DNA of 64,000 bases from Leptospiraceae bacterium (GTDB lineage Bacteria > Spirochaetota > Leptospiria > Leptospirales > Leptospiraceae). This document shows positions 1-9,464 of this stretch, piece by piece. Positions within the stretch are counted from its first letter, which is position 1, and each line of letters begins with the position of its first letter. The translations under genes were made by a program, and so were the position numbers. Below the pieces are notes generated by a model. That model saw only the letters and a program-made list of their open reading frames with translations, ran no database searches and was not told the origin of the DNA. The stretch spans positions 1,669,442 to 1,733,441 of the forward strand of contig JACKPC010000001.1 in assembly GCA_024233835.1 (NCBI GenBank), in the 5' to 3' direction.

Positions 1-319
1 TTTAATCAATTTAAATAAAAAGTAAAAACTCAGTGAAAGACGATTTATAGAAGTTAAGGTATATAGGAAAATAATAAATATTGAATATATAGAAATGAAA
101 AAATTTTTTTATAAGAAACTACTATAATATAAAGAGGGTCTATCATCAATTATAAAGCAATAGTTTTAATAGATTTTGCTACTTGACTTTTATTTTAAAA
201 AATATGAATAGGATTGGAAAATTATTAGCACAGAACTATTTGGCTCGCACTTTCCTCAGGAGTCTTCGTCGTTTCAGTTTTTGATCTGCCAGGGCAAATA
301 CTGGTTCTACTACCAAAAA

Positions 320-401
320 GGGATACACTAAGGAAACCTGCTGTAAGTCCTGCACTAATGGCGAAGCTTTTTAAAAATAGAAGTTTGAATCTGCGTTTCA
401 T
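320..401 (-). pseudogene. 5' remnant (about 27 codons, MKRRFKLLF...AGLTAGFLSVSL) of the secreted tail-fibre-like paralog family, then diverges into unrelated sequence
   Basis: Nucleotide identity to the 5' ends of the 2582..3274, 5421..6278 and 6352..7056 genes, including the conserved leader immediately upstream (402-470). The reading frame diverges after about 80 nt. Confidence 0.5.
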
Positions 402-477
402 TTTCCTGTCCTTGTTTGATTATTTGAGTATTACTATATATTACCTGTTTCTTATTCTTTGCCCTTTTTTCTCTTTA

Positions 478-600
478 AGGAGTAACGCTGAATGAGATAC
501 CATCCAGATTAATATGAGTAGCAGTAGTAGTAGCTTTTAAATCAAGATACACCCCCAAACTATAAACATTCAGTTTATGAGAAAAACCATGGAGGAAGCT
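478..600 (-). pseudogene. 3' remnant of the same paralog family (matches the last ~40 codons of the 6352..7056 copy)
   Basis: About 110 nt almost identical to 6352-6470 (ggagtaacRctgaaYga...cagtttatgagaaaaaccat). The match ends abruptly at ~600, next to the hipA stop. Confidence 0.45.
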
Positions 601-680
601 TTTACTCAGGCTCATTAGCAGAGGTTGAAACCTGCCGGTACTAGTATACTATGATTTTTGTATTTTTGTAAAGATTATTT

Positions 681-1961
681 TTATCCATTCGGGTTTTTAA
701 TTATTTGGGTATGCTTGCTTATTTCTTCAAAGATATATGGATTGAAAATCTGATTTGTTTCCAAAAGTATTTTATCAATTTTTTTTATTCCAGAGTTTAT
801 GCATATACTTTCCCATTCACTTTCTATTGTCTGAATCATTGCTCTGATTATCTCTATACTTTCCTCTTCTGATAGCAAATAGTTTTTAGATGAAGATAAA
901 CAATTAATTAATAGACTTCTATTATCCTGTCCGATGATTTTCATTGCCTGTCCTGCCATACTTCCACTTCTGGGTTGAGGACAAATATCATAAGCAGGTG
1001 TAAGCTTATATTTTTCTCCATCCCAAAAAGCAGCATGATTTCTGGCATGATCATCCGTATTCCCTACAAGAATATTAAAAACTAATCGTTTAAATAATTC
1101 TTTTAGAGTATTTTTAGGTGAAGAAAACTTATGGCGAATCAATAAAGCAAAATCTTCGTAGCTTGCATAACGTGCTTCCATTTCATGTAAATTTAAAAGA
1201 GTCAGGGCGGATAACATTAATTTTCTCGTCCATGATTCCCCAACCCTCTTTCTATCAAATCTTTTAACTAAAAGCACATCTTTATTTAACGAACTTTCTA
1301 ATTGAACATCAGCCACATCAATACCACATTTTTTAGCCAGCTTCATTACAATATATTCAGCTCGAATTATATCATAATAATCATCACTACTCGAAAATTT
1401 AGCGATGAATTTTTGATTAGAACTATTTATAAAAACTTTAGGTCTGGCTCCACCTATACTTGTTCCATGTAGCAAAGCCAATGTTAAATCATAATTAAGT
1501 TTTTTACCCTCTTCAATATAACTAACCGCTTCTAATAAATCTTTTAGTTTTATATCATTCTGTAATCTTGCGATATAATGTTCCGAACTTTCTTGAAAGT
1601 CCAATGCACCGATTCTATCTGAGCCGGACTTTAGAAAAAAAGTAATTTCATCCAGTTCATCATATTTATCTGAAATCATACCTGAGTTATAAAGTGCATG
1701 CAGAATGACTCTCCTTCCCCAGGCATCAGGGCTTGCATCTCGAAGACAAGAGGCTATGTTATGTTTGGGAGAAAAGGTTCCTTTTATCAATGGTAGCTCT
1801 TCGGGAAATATTGCAATAGCCTTTGGGTTGGAAAGGTAAGATTGACCGTAGGTAAAATAATATTTTTCATTTACATTTTGAACAACACCTGCAACAGTAG
1901 GACTTGCTTCTTGTGGTAAGAAAATCCAGACGAAGGCTTTATCCTTAGAAGTTGTCATCAA
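681..1961 (-). CDS. hipA: HipA-family serine/threonine kinase toxin (type II toxin-antitoxin)
   Basis: 426 aa. HipA C-terminal signature GNTDDHARNHAAFWDGEKYKLTPAYD (the family consensus is GNxDDHxKNFS...LSPAYD). It has an N-terminal HipA-N-like region and overlaps the upstream HTH gene by 17 nt, the usual hipBA arrangement. Confidence 0.85.
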   Translation of the reverse strand: MMTTSKDKAFVWIFLPQEASPTVAGVVQNVNEKYYFTYGQSYLSNPKAIAIFPEELPLIKGTFSPKHNIASCLRDASPDAWGRRVILHALYNSGMISDKYDELDEITFFLKSGSDRIGALDFQESSEHYIARLQNDIKLKDLLEAVSYIEEGKKLNYDLTLALLHGTSIGGARPKVFINSSNQKFIAKFSSSDDYYDIIRAEYIVMKLAKKCGIDVADVQLESSLNKDVLLVKRFDRKRVGESWTRKLMLSALTLLNLHEMEARYASYEDFALLIRHKFSSPKNTLKELFKRLVFNILVGNTDDHARNHAAFWDGEKYKLTPAYDICPQPRSGSMAGQAMKIIGQDNRSLLINCLSSSKNYLLSEEESIEIIRAMIQTIESEWESICINSGIKKIDKILLETNQIFNPYIFEEISKHTQIIKNPNG

Positions 1962-2268
1962 GGTTCACATCCTTTGAATGAACTTTAGAAGGTAAAAGAG
2001 AAAGAGTTTCTTTGTTCTGTTCCAATAACCTTAGAAATTCTGTTCTGGACTCAGTAAAAAGAGAAACCTGTAAAATAACTGCTGTTTCAAAATACTTTCC
2101 TATAGCAATGGAAGGCTCTCCTTTCAGTATACCCTGTAAAGTAGAACGAGCAACACCCAGTCTTTCTGCGAGTTCCTTTTGTGAAATCTTTTGTTTTCGT
2201 CTTTCTTTTTCTAAAATTTGTGAAAAAAGAGTAAGAGCTTCATTTGCTAAAGGAGATAAGTTTTTCAT
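1945..2268 (-). CDS. hipB: XRE-family HTH DNA-binding antitoxin (HipB-like)
   Basis: 107 aa with the HTH motif ISQKELAERLGVARSTLQGIL. It lies directly upstream of hipA and overlaps it. Confidence 0.75.
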   Translation of the reverse strand: MKNLSPLANEALTLFSQILEKERRKQKISQKELAERLGVARSTLQGILKGEPSIAIGKYFETAVILQVSLFTESRTEFLRLLEQNKETLSLLPSKVHSKDVNLDDNF

Positions 2269-2299
2269 AATGTGACCTATATATCAGTCATATTATAGG

Positions 2300-2480
2300 G
2301 TTATGTCCAAAATATCAAGCATATTTTTAATTACAGGTAGCTCCATTATCAAATGTAACCCAATTTGTGCCATTGCAGTAGCAGGGCTTACTCATCGAAG
2401 CTTGACAAGAGAGACACTCATCACACCAAGACAAAAGGACATGCCGATGATAAAAGGTTTCAAAAAGGCTTTATCTAGGA
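2300..2480 (-). pseudogene. Degraded 5' remnant of a tail-fibre-like paralog (residual ...SVSL... hydrophobic anchor) preceded by the family's conserved leader at 2481-2540
   Basis: The conserved leader sequence (tgtttgtctatttgagtatt...tacctgtttcttattcc) lies at 2488-2535. It is followed on the minus strand by ATG and a short ORF (MSFCLGVMSVSLVKLR*) that retains the SVSL segment of the family N-terminus. Confidence 0.3.
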
Positions 2481-2581
2481 ATGGTGGCTTGTTTGTCTAT
2501 TTGAGTATTCCAATATATTACCTGTTTCTTATTCCTTATCGCAATCAACATTGATGCTTATGGATATCCTCTCACTTCATA

Positions 2582-3274
2582 TCAAGGCGAGGTACTGAAC
2601 TGAATTACATCTAATTCAGCGTAGATTGAGTTCGCGCTAGCCCCGATTTTTACAGTACCATCAGTCCCAATAATATCCACCCGGTGGACGGCATTGCCGG
2701 TATGGGCAATCACCGGATAAGATACTACTCCATATGGCCTATAACCGGCAGGTAAGGTCAAAATAATATCATCGGTAGCAAAATTGCTGCCTGTTTTAAT
2801 GGCAAGGCCTCTCATATAGACTATATCCCCAATTTTTCGATATTGGCATTTGATCCAGCCGATGTTAGCACAAGATACCCCAGAACCTAAGGATGTTACA
2901 TCTATCCAGGGTACATTCCATGATATATTACCATTCACATCCAACTTTTCCGCTGGACTACTCGTCCCAATACCCACATTACCATCGGTATAAACCGCAT
3001 CTGTTGTGGTAGTTCCCTTCATCCAATTCGGGATACCTTCAATGGCAGTTTTGATAACATTGATACCGTTACCGATATTATTCAAATCGGTAGATGTCAG
3101 GGTTGAACCGGAAGTCCAGTCGGTTTTTACACTGACATTATTTACAGCGATTGCCAGAAGGGAGACACTAAGGAAACCTGCTGTAAGTCCTGCACCAATT
3201 ACCAGGCTTTTAAAAAAAAGTCTTATACTAATGGCGAAGTTTTTTATAAATAGAAGTTTGAATCTGCGTTTCAT
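2582..3274 (-). CDS. Secreted/membrane-anchored tail-fibre-like repeat protein, paralog A (230 aa)
   Basis: N-terminal signal/anchor MKRRFKLLFIK...AGLTAGFLSVSLLAIAV, then TDWTSGSTLTSTDLNNIGNGI and the DGNVGIGTSSPAEKLDVNG motif typical of phage tail-fibre-type domains. The C-terminal module (CQYRKIGDIVYMRGL...) is shared with 6352..7056. Confidence 0.6.
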   Translation of the reverse strand: MKRRFKLLFIKNFAISIRLFFKSLVIGAGLTAGFLSVSLLAIAVNNVSVKTDWTSGSTLTSTDLNNIGNGINVIKTAIEGIPNWMKGTTTTDAVYTDGNVGIGTSSPAEKLDVNGNISWNVPWIDVTSLGSGVSCANIGWIKCQYRKIGDIVYMRGLAIKTGSNFATDDIILTLPAGYRPYGVVSYPVIAHTGNAVHRVDIIGTDGTVKIGASANSIYAELDVIQFSTSP

Positions 3275-3345
3275 GTCCTTGTCCTTGTTTGACTATTTTA
3301 TTATTTTTATATAGTACCTGTTTCTTATTCATTGTCCTCCACATC
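3275..3345 (-). promoter_or_regulatory. Conserved leader/promoter region of the tail-fibre-like paralog family (AT-rich TATATAAAAATAAT box, AGGACAAGGAC RBS before the ATG)
   Basis: The same ~60 nt block lies immediately 5' of each copy or remnant (402-470, 2481-2540, 3275-3340, 6279-6340, 7057-7120). Confidence 0.35.
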
Positions 3346-3429
3346 CACTCTATGGGATAAGTCTCAGACCTGTTGTTACAATGATTGTGCTTTTCTGTTT
3401 TTTACTGCAAGGATATTTTTAATAGGGAA

Positions 3430-4007
3430 CTATATCATCCACCAGGGTAAAGCGAGAATTTCCTCGGTGATTAAATATGGTTTTTCGCAGGTACAAACTA
3501 TCAGTCCTTTTCCTTTTTCTTGTTCTGGAATAGATGAATAAAAAGAATGAATTCCACGTGCATCGTTTTTAGAAGGATAAGAAGTTAGCTTAACTTCAAT
3601 TGGGTAAAGTTTGCCTCTAAACTCTAAAATTAAGTCTACTTCAGCTCCTGCCTGCGTTCTATAATGATACAGTCCCAGAAATAAGGACATAGTTTTTAGG
3701 TTCTTTAATATTTCCATAACAACATACGTTTCAAATAGTTTTCCCTTCATGGGATGATTCATAATGCTTTCGGGTGAGCCTATTTTTTGAAGTTCACATA
3801 TTATACCTGTATCTGTAAAATATCCTTTTCTTTTCTTGCACCGGAAATATCCTGAACAGGATCAAAGGTAACCGTCTGTAAATTGCCCCTAAAAACTGTT
3901 TCTATCAGAGTAGATTTGCATACCTGTCTGGCTCCCTGCAAGCAAACCACCGGAAAATACTTAAAAAGTTTCTGTAATTTGGTTTCAATCAAGCGATTAG
4001 CATACAT
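3430..4007 (-). pseudogene. Disrupted AAA ATPase (AAA_14 + DUF4143 family): N-terminal Walker A piece (3801..4007) and C-terminal DUF4143 piece (3430..3762), with the middle missing
   Basis: The 68 aa ORF has ...LQGARQVCKSTL (Walker A-like). The 110 aa ORF has a DUF4143-like C-terminus (HYRTQAGAEVDLILEFRGKLYPIEVK). Both are homologous to the intact 396 aa neighbour at 4181..5371, but together they give under 180 aa with an intervening gap. Confidence 0.65.
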
Positions 4008-4180
4008 TTATCTTGCATTATGGCAGTTATAATAGCCATTTTGCAAGGTAAAAGAGCGAAACTGTCTTTTCAGAGGGAAATAGGAAAACAAGAACTTTTT
4101 GGTTTTTTATTTCTATGACAATACTGACTCGCAGCATAACCATTTTTTAGCAAAATTTATAGTAAAAATTAATATTATCC

Positions 4181-5371
4181 TTGAAATTTCGGATGCCATG
4201 TTCCTATAATTCAAGTATTATGAAAATTGAACGGATTCATGAAAAGCAAAATATTGAAAAGCTATTTAAGATATTTCCAGCCGTTAGTATATTGGGTCCG
4301 AGACAATGCGGAAAAACGACTCTTGCCAGAGATTTTGGTGCCGATCACTTCTTTGATCTGGAAAATCCTACTGATTGGCAAATCATGGAAAACCCTGAAC
4401 TAAATCTTGGCATTTTGGAAGGAACCATTGCGATTGACGAAATCCAGAGAAAGCCAGATTTATTTCCCATTCTAAGACACCTGATAGATACAAAGCCCAA
4501 ACAAAAATATTTACTGTTAGGAAGTGCGTCACCTCTACTTATCAAACAAACTTCAGATTCTCTAGCAGGAAGAATTGGGTATCACTCCTTAGGAGGTTTT
4601 AACCCAAAAGATTTAGCACAAGAAGATTTAAAACAATTGTGGGTTCGAGGCGGTTTTCCAAGAGCTTTTTTAGCTGATAGTGATGATAGCTCTTTTTTAT
4701 GGAGGGAAAACTATATTCGAACCTTTTTAGAGAGAGACATACCTCAACTTGGCATTCAAATTCCGGCAAATACGATACGTAGGTTCTGGACAATGCTTTC
4801 TCATTACCATTCCCAAATTTTAAACTATTCAGAGTTTTCCCGTTCCTTTGGAGTTTCCGACAAGACCGTTCGCAATTATTTAGAAATACTCGAAGGAACA
4901 TTTATGGTCAGGGTTCTACAACCCTGGTATGAGAACATAGGCAAAAGGTTAACAAAGAAACCAAAACTTTATTTCACCGATTCAGGAATCTACCATTACT
5001 TTTCATCTCTACAGGATTGGAATGACGTTATTTCTTCACCCCGCCTTGGTGCTTCTTACGAGGGTTATGTGGTGGAAAACATCATTCGCATTTCTGGAAT
5101 ACCGGAGAGAAATTTCTACTATTGGAGAACCCATGCAGGTTCAGAACTGGATTTGTTCTGGCAATACAAAGGTAAAAACTATGGAGTAGAAATCAAATAC
5201 CTCGATGCTCCCAAAACCACCAAGTCCATGCACTCTGCACTAAAAGACTTAAATCTGGAAAAACTGTATGTTATCTACCCGGGAAATAAAAGCTATTTAT
5301 TGGCAGAAAAAATCATTGTTCTACCCTTCCATGAAGTTAATAAAGAGTTATGGTTTGTTTCAAATGTGTAA
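4181..5371 (+). CDS. AAA+ ATPase, AAA_14 N-terminal domain + DUF4143 C-terminal domain (COG1373-like)
   Basis: 396 aa with Walker A GPRQCGKTTL, Walker B-like IAIDEIQ, and a C-terminus ending WRTHAGSELDLFW (DUF4143 pattern). The start may be an internal Met (MKIERI...). Confidence 0.85.
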   Translation: MKFRMPCSYNSSIMKIERIHEKQNIEKLFKIFPAVSILGPRQCGKTTLARDFGADHFFDLENPTDWQIMENPELNLGILEGTIAIDEIQRKPDLFPILRHLIDTKPKQKYLLLGSASPLLIKQTSDSLAGRIGYHSLGGFNPKDLAQEDLKQLWVRGGFPRAFLADSDDSSFLWRENYIRTFLERDIPQLGIQIPANTIRRFWTMLSHYHSQILNYSEFSRSFGVSDKTVRNYLEILEGTFMVRVLQPWYENIGKRLTKKPKLYFTDSGIYHYFSSLQDWNDVISSPRLGASYEGYVVENIIRISGIPERNFYYWRTHAGSELDLFWQYKGKNYGVEIKYLDAPKTTKSMHSALKDLNLEKLYVIYPGNKSYLLAEKIIVLPFHEVNKELWFVSNV

Positions 5372-5420
5372 CAAGCGATTCTTTCTTAATTGATCGCTTT
5401 TTTATTTCCTTTAAATTAAC

Positions 5421-6278
5421 TCAAAAACATAAAATAAACCAATTGATTCGACCTGTACCAGAAGTTCCACCTGATATATTAGTTTTAAAACTGTTGGTAT
5501 CAATACTTTCTGAACCAACAATGTTAAACGGATTTGCTGAAGGATGGCCATTTGTTGCAAAGATCATTTGTAGTAAAGGACAATTGATATTTCTATTATG
5601 GGTTATAGTATTAAATGAATCAGGAGCAATTGTTATAACAGCACTACCAGAATATGCCAACTTTAAAGATCCGTTCACTTCAAGCTTAGCTGTTGGAGTA
5701 GTTGTTCCAATACCGACATTGCCGGTATCATGCTCCATAAATAAAACATTAGTCCAAGTTGTGTCAGCATGAAATGCAAAAATGAAATCTTCTTTCTCGG
5801 TAGTGAATTGAGAGTTGAATCCTCGGGCTGAAAAATGCCAGCCGTATTTACCATTTTCTGAAATTGGCACACCGCCTGTCGGCCGGGTAGCAAAATTCAA
5901 AGATGATTGTGACTCTATTTCAGTGTTGCTGTTTTCAATTTGTATCCCACCATGACCCTTAACATTAGCATCAATAACTAATTTGTACCCGGGACTTGCT
6001 GTCCCGATGCCCACATTGCCATCGTTAAAAACTGCGTCTGTTGTGGTAGTTCCCTTTGTCCAGTTCGGAATGCCCTCAAGTGCTGTTTTGATAGCCTGGA
6101 TACCGCTACCGATGTTATTCAACTCGGTGGATGTCAGGCTGGAACCGGAAGTCCAGTCGGTTTTTACACTGACATTATTTACAGCGATTGCCAGAAGGGA
6201 TACACTTAAAAATCCTGCGGTAATTCCTGAACTAATAGCGAAGCTTTTTATAAATAGAAGTTTAAATCTGCGTTTCAT
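5421..6278 (-). CDS. Secreted tail-fibre-like repeat protein, paralog B (285 aa, two GNVGIGT motifs, distinct central/C-terminal module)
   Basis: Same N-terminal 70 aa module as the paralogs. Motifs DGNVGIGTASPGYKL and TGNVGIGTTTPTAKLEVNG. The upstream leader is conserved. Confidence 0.6.
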   Translation of the reverse strand: MKRRFKLLFIKSFAISSGITAGFLSVSLLAIAVNNVSVKTDWTSGSSLTSTELNNIGSGIQAIKTALEGIPNWTKGTTTTDAVFNDGNVGIGTASPGYKLVIDANVKGHGGIQIENSNTEIESQSSLNFATRPTGGVPISENGKYGWHFSARGFNSQFTTEKEDFIFAFHADTTWTNVLFMEHDTGNVGIGTTTPTAKLEVNGSLKLAYSGSAVITIAPDSFNTITHNRNINCPLLQMIFATNGHPSANPFNIVGSESIDTNSFKTNISGGTSGTGRINWFILCF

Positions 6279-6351
6279 GTCCTTGTCCTTGTTTGTCTAT
6301 TTGAGTATTACTATATATTACCTGTTTTTAATTCCTTACATGTTTTTCTAT

Positions 6352-7056
6352 TTAAGGAGTAACACTGAACGATATACCATCCAGATTAATATGAGTAGCA
6401 GTAGTATTAGCTTTTAAATCAAGATACACCCCATTACTATAAACATTCAGTTTATGAGAAAAACCATCAGTAGTTCCATGTGCCGGAACGGAAAAAGATA
6501 TTGCTTTAGGAGGTAAATATTCGGAAGGCAGGTTAATGATCATTTCATTATTAGCCAGGGCAGTGGATTTCGTTGCTAAACCCCTGAGGTAAACAATGTC
6601 TCCAATTTTTCGATACTGACAGCGTTGCCAGCCGCTATCTATAGTGCTGAAATTGCTGTAACCAGTTCCGAAGGTTGTTACATCTGTCCAGGGTACATTC
6701 CATGATATATTGCCGTTCACATCCAACTTTTGTGCTGGACTACTTGTCCCAATACCCACATTGCCACCGTTAAAAACTGCATCTGTTGTAGTAGTTCCCT
6801 TTGTCCAATTCGGGATACTTTCCAGCAAGGTTTTTATAGTATTGATACCGTTACCGATGTTATTCATCTCGGTGGCTGTCAGGCTGGAACCGGAAGTCCA
6901 GTCGGTTTTTACTGTGACGTTATTTACAGCGATTGCCAGAAGGGATACACTTAAGAATCCTGCTGTAAGTCCTGCACTGATTGCGAAGCTTTTTAAAAAA
7001 AGTCTTACACTAATGGCGAAGCTTTTTATAAACAAAAGTTTAAATCTGCGTTTCAT
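6352..7056 (-). CDS. Secreted tail-fibre-like repeat protein, paralog C (234 aa)
   Basis: N-terminal module nearly identical to the other paralogs. GNVGIGTSSPAQKLDVNGNISWNVPW motif. C-terminal module CQYRKIGDIVYLRGL... as in paralog A. Confidence 0.6.
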   Translation of the reverse strand: MKRRFKLLFIKSFAISVRLFLKSFAISAGLTAGFLSVSLLAIAVNNVTVKTDWTSGSSLTATEMNNIGNGINTIKTLLESIPNWTKGTTTTDAVFNGGNVGIGTSSPAQKLDVNGNISWNVPWTDVTTFGTGYSNFSTIDSGWQRCQYRKIGDIVYLRGLATKSTALANNEMIINLPSEYLPPKAISFSVPAHGTTDGFSHKLNVYSNGVYLDLKANTTATHINLDGISFSVTP

Positions 7057-7258
7057 GTCCTTGTCCTTATTTGAGTATTTTATTATTTTTCTATAGTACC
7101 TATTTCTTATTCATTGTCCTGCTGCACCGACGACTGAAAGGAGGAGAGCACAGCGTGGAGTGAGTTCAAAAAAAAATTTCGTTCTTAGAATTCAGATAGG
7201 CTTTCCTCATTAATTATATTATATATTTGATTTTTTCAGATAAATTAGAATACATATC

Positions 7259-7828
7259 TCATTTCTTTATCTCGTAGTGCAATAACACTATCCCACTACT
7301 ATAGGTATTTGCATTTTTTAGCTCTAATTTTTGCCAATTGGTAAATTCTTGAAAAGCGGAAATACCCTTCCCAATAGCAATAGGATTAACAAAAAAATGA
7401 AACTCGTCAATTAAACCTCCCTTAACCAGAGAGGAAACAAAGGAACTACCACCATAGACTATGATATCTTTACCTTCCTGATTTTTAAGTTTGTTGACTT
7501 CCTCTTTTAGATTTCCTTTTGCGAGTTCTACATTATCCCATGGAGATTTGTCTAGTGTCTTTGTAAAAACAATTTTCTTTTGTTTGGCTTTAATTAGGGC
7601 AGCTTCATACATTGGGTCTTCTGGTTTTTTACAAGTATCAAGCCAATAGGGTATATAATCAATCGCTAATTTTCTACCTAATAGCTCTGTATCTGCTGAA
7701 GCTGCCAAATCAAGAACATAATGTTTGATTTCTTCATATGCCCAGGTTACCCATTTTTGTTCATCATTGGGTCCTGTTGAATTAAATCCATCTAAGGAAA
7801 CTTGCATTTGTAGTTTAAGTTTTTTCAT
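7259..7828 (-). CDS. Dihydrofolate reductase-family protein (RibD C-terminal domain type)
   Basis: 189 aa matching the RibD_C/DHFR-like family pattern (MKKL...MQVSLDG...LLGRK...IIVYGGSS....LIDEFHFFVNPIAIGKG). Confidence 0.7.
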   Translation of the reverse strand: MKKLKLQMQVSLDGFNSTGPNDEQKWVTWAYEEIKHYVLDLAASADTELLGRKLAIDYIPYWLDTCKKPEDPMYEAALIKAKQKKIVFTKTLDKSPWDNVELAKGNLKEEVNKLKNQEGKDIIVYGGSSFVSSLVKGGLIDEFHFFVNPIAIGKGISAFQEFTNWQKLELKNANTYSSGIVLLHYEIKK

Positions 7829-8327
7829 AATTATTCCTTAATTAATTAAAGTTTATCAATGGTTCGTTTTCGGAACGAAGTGAAGGAAACACAATCTTAT
7901 ACCCTCTATAATAAAAGAAAAAATCATATGTATCCAAATTTTAAAGTGTCTATCTTCACTTTACTTCAAAAAAAATTTTATATTTCATGTAAATATTTAT
8001 GTAGTAAATACTCGTATGTTGCTAAAAGACCGCACTCAGCACTACGTCATGTACGCTTGGGTGTATCGGAGTTTTACCACATTTTTATATCTTACCAACA
8101 CTTATTTTAAAAAGACAACAAAAAAAGGAAAAGCGAAAGTGAAAAATTACTTTACTAAACACTATGCAAAACTCCTATCTACCGCCCTCTCAGGAATTCA
8201 TGATTTTAAAAGAATATATCACACAAAAAAGACAGAGTGAGGGTGATTGTTAGATACCGATTTTTAGCCTGGAGAAAAAGGAAGATTTACTTGACTTAAA
8301 ATCCGCATAGTATCAAACTATCCACCT

Positions 8328-8613
8328 ATGAACAGTGATTGTTTGGAGCTTTATCTTCCCCTTACATACAGAGTGAGCGATGATGTCTTGCAGGCAATTC
8401 AGCGATTAAACCATGACCTCATTATTGACCTGAGAAAAGAAAACGGTATCGGGATCCGGGTTACAGAGGACTTATCCGAACAAAAATATATTGAGCTAAG
8501 ATTTCCCGAAGGATTCCTACCTGCCGAAAGCTTTGAGGAGCTTACAAGTAACAGAGACAGGCTGCATTTTGAACAAAAAGGGGGAGACGATTTTTATAAA
8601 AATGGGAACAATT
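8328..8613 (+). pseudogene. Truncated membrane-anchored Uma2-like paralog (N-terminal ~90 codons only), interrupted by an IS insertion and an upstream frameshift
   Basis: Nearly identical at protein and DNA level to the first ~90 codons of 11970..12728 (MNSDCLELYLPLTxRVSDDVLQAIQRLNHDLIID...). An extra G at ~8580 shifts the frame. Homology stops at ~8613, where IS sequence begins. Confidence 0.6.
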
Positions 8614-8743
8614 TACAGCAATTCCCGCTTTGCTTGTAACAGGCAGATAAGGCTAAGATTTTTGGGTTTGCAGGGAATGCTTTCGTAAACTTTTTCATCA
8701 AAAATCGCTTGTACCTGTACAGGGATATAGTCTTTTTGACTAT

Positions 8744-9442
8744 ATGTCAGGCAAAAACGAGTTACACGCACGGGTAGATTTATCAGCAGATGGACTTTAT
8801 CAAGCAATTCGGGAGGAATTTTCTAAAATTCCAGACCACAGGGTCAATCCTTCGATTTCTCTAACAGATGCTTTGATGTCAGCCTTTGCTATCTTTTTTC
8901 AAAAGAACGCATCACTTCTTGAGTTTGAAAGAGAAAAAGTGAAGAATAAAAATCTTCAAAGTATATACAAGATTCAAGAGATACCTTCTGACACTCAAAT
9001 GAGAGAAATTGTTGATGAAGTTTCAACAGGAGCTTTCAGGAAAATATATAAAAACCTTTTTTCAAAACTTCAGCGTGGCAAGGTTCTCGAATCTTATCGT
9101 GTCCTTGATGATTATTATATTCTTTCCGGAGACGGAACCGGATTCTTCTCTTCAGAGAAAATTCATTGTGAATGCTGTCTTATAAAGAATAATAAAAGTG
9201 GAACTCTTTACCAGCATATGATGTATGGTGCCTGTATTGTGCATCCGGATAAGAAAGAAGTTATCCCTCTTATGTTTGAACCTATTACAAACGAAGATGG
9301 GAAAACAAAAAATGATTGTGAGTTAAACGCTTCTAAACGATTTATTGAAGATTTTAGAAGAGAGCATCCTCATTTAAAAACAATATTTGTAGAGGATTCT
9401 CTGTTTTCAAATGCTCCCCACATTGAATTACTGAGAGTATAA
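8744..9442 (+). CDS. DDE transposase, N-terminal part (split ORF)
   Basis: 232 aa ending at TAA. It continues conceptually in the next ORF, which is in a different frame. Confidence 0.65.
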   Translation: MSGKNELHARVDLSADGLYQAIREEFSKIPDHRVNPSISLTDALMSAFAIFFQKNASLLEFEREKVKNKNLQSIYKIQEIPSDTQMREIVDEVSTGAFRKIYKNLFSKLQRGKVLESYRVLDDYYILSGDGTGFFSSEKIHCECCLIKNNKSGTLYQHMMYGACIVHPDKKEVIPLMFEPITNEDGKTKNDCELNASKRFIEDFRREHPHLKTIFVEDSLFSNAPHIELLRV

Positions 9443-9464
9443 GCAAGTTGATAAGAAAGAGCAT

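Noticed and set aside
4345-4901. Minus-strand ORFs inside the intact DUF4143 ATPase gene
   Set aside because: Antisense to a well-supported CDS.
2012-7096. Plus-strand ORFs overlapping the minus-strand hipB and tail-fibre-like paralog genes (2012..2275, 2303..2554, 3006..3314, 5350..5772, 5983..6417, 6710..7096)
   Set aside because: They are antisense shadow ORFs of better-supported genes and are repeated only because the underlying genes are paralogous. None has a recognisable motif.
7862-7880. Short hairpin (TTCGTT-ttcgg-AACGAA) next to the DHFR-family gene start
   Set aside because: It lies upstream of the gene start, not at a 3' end. It has no U-tract and a weak 6 bp stem.
7859-8240. 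83 aa and 74 aa ORFs in the AT-rich spacer after the DHFR-family gene
   Set aside because: Low-complexity, AT-driven reading frames with no RBS or motif support.
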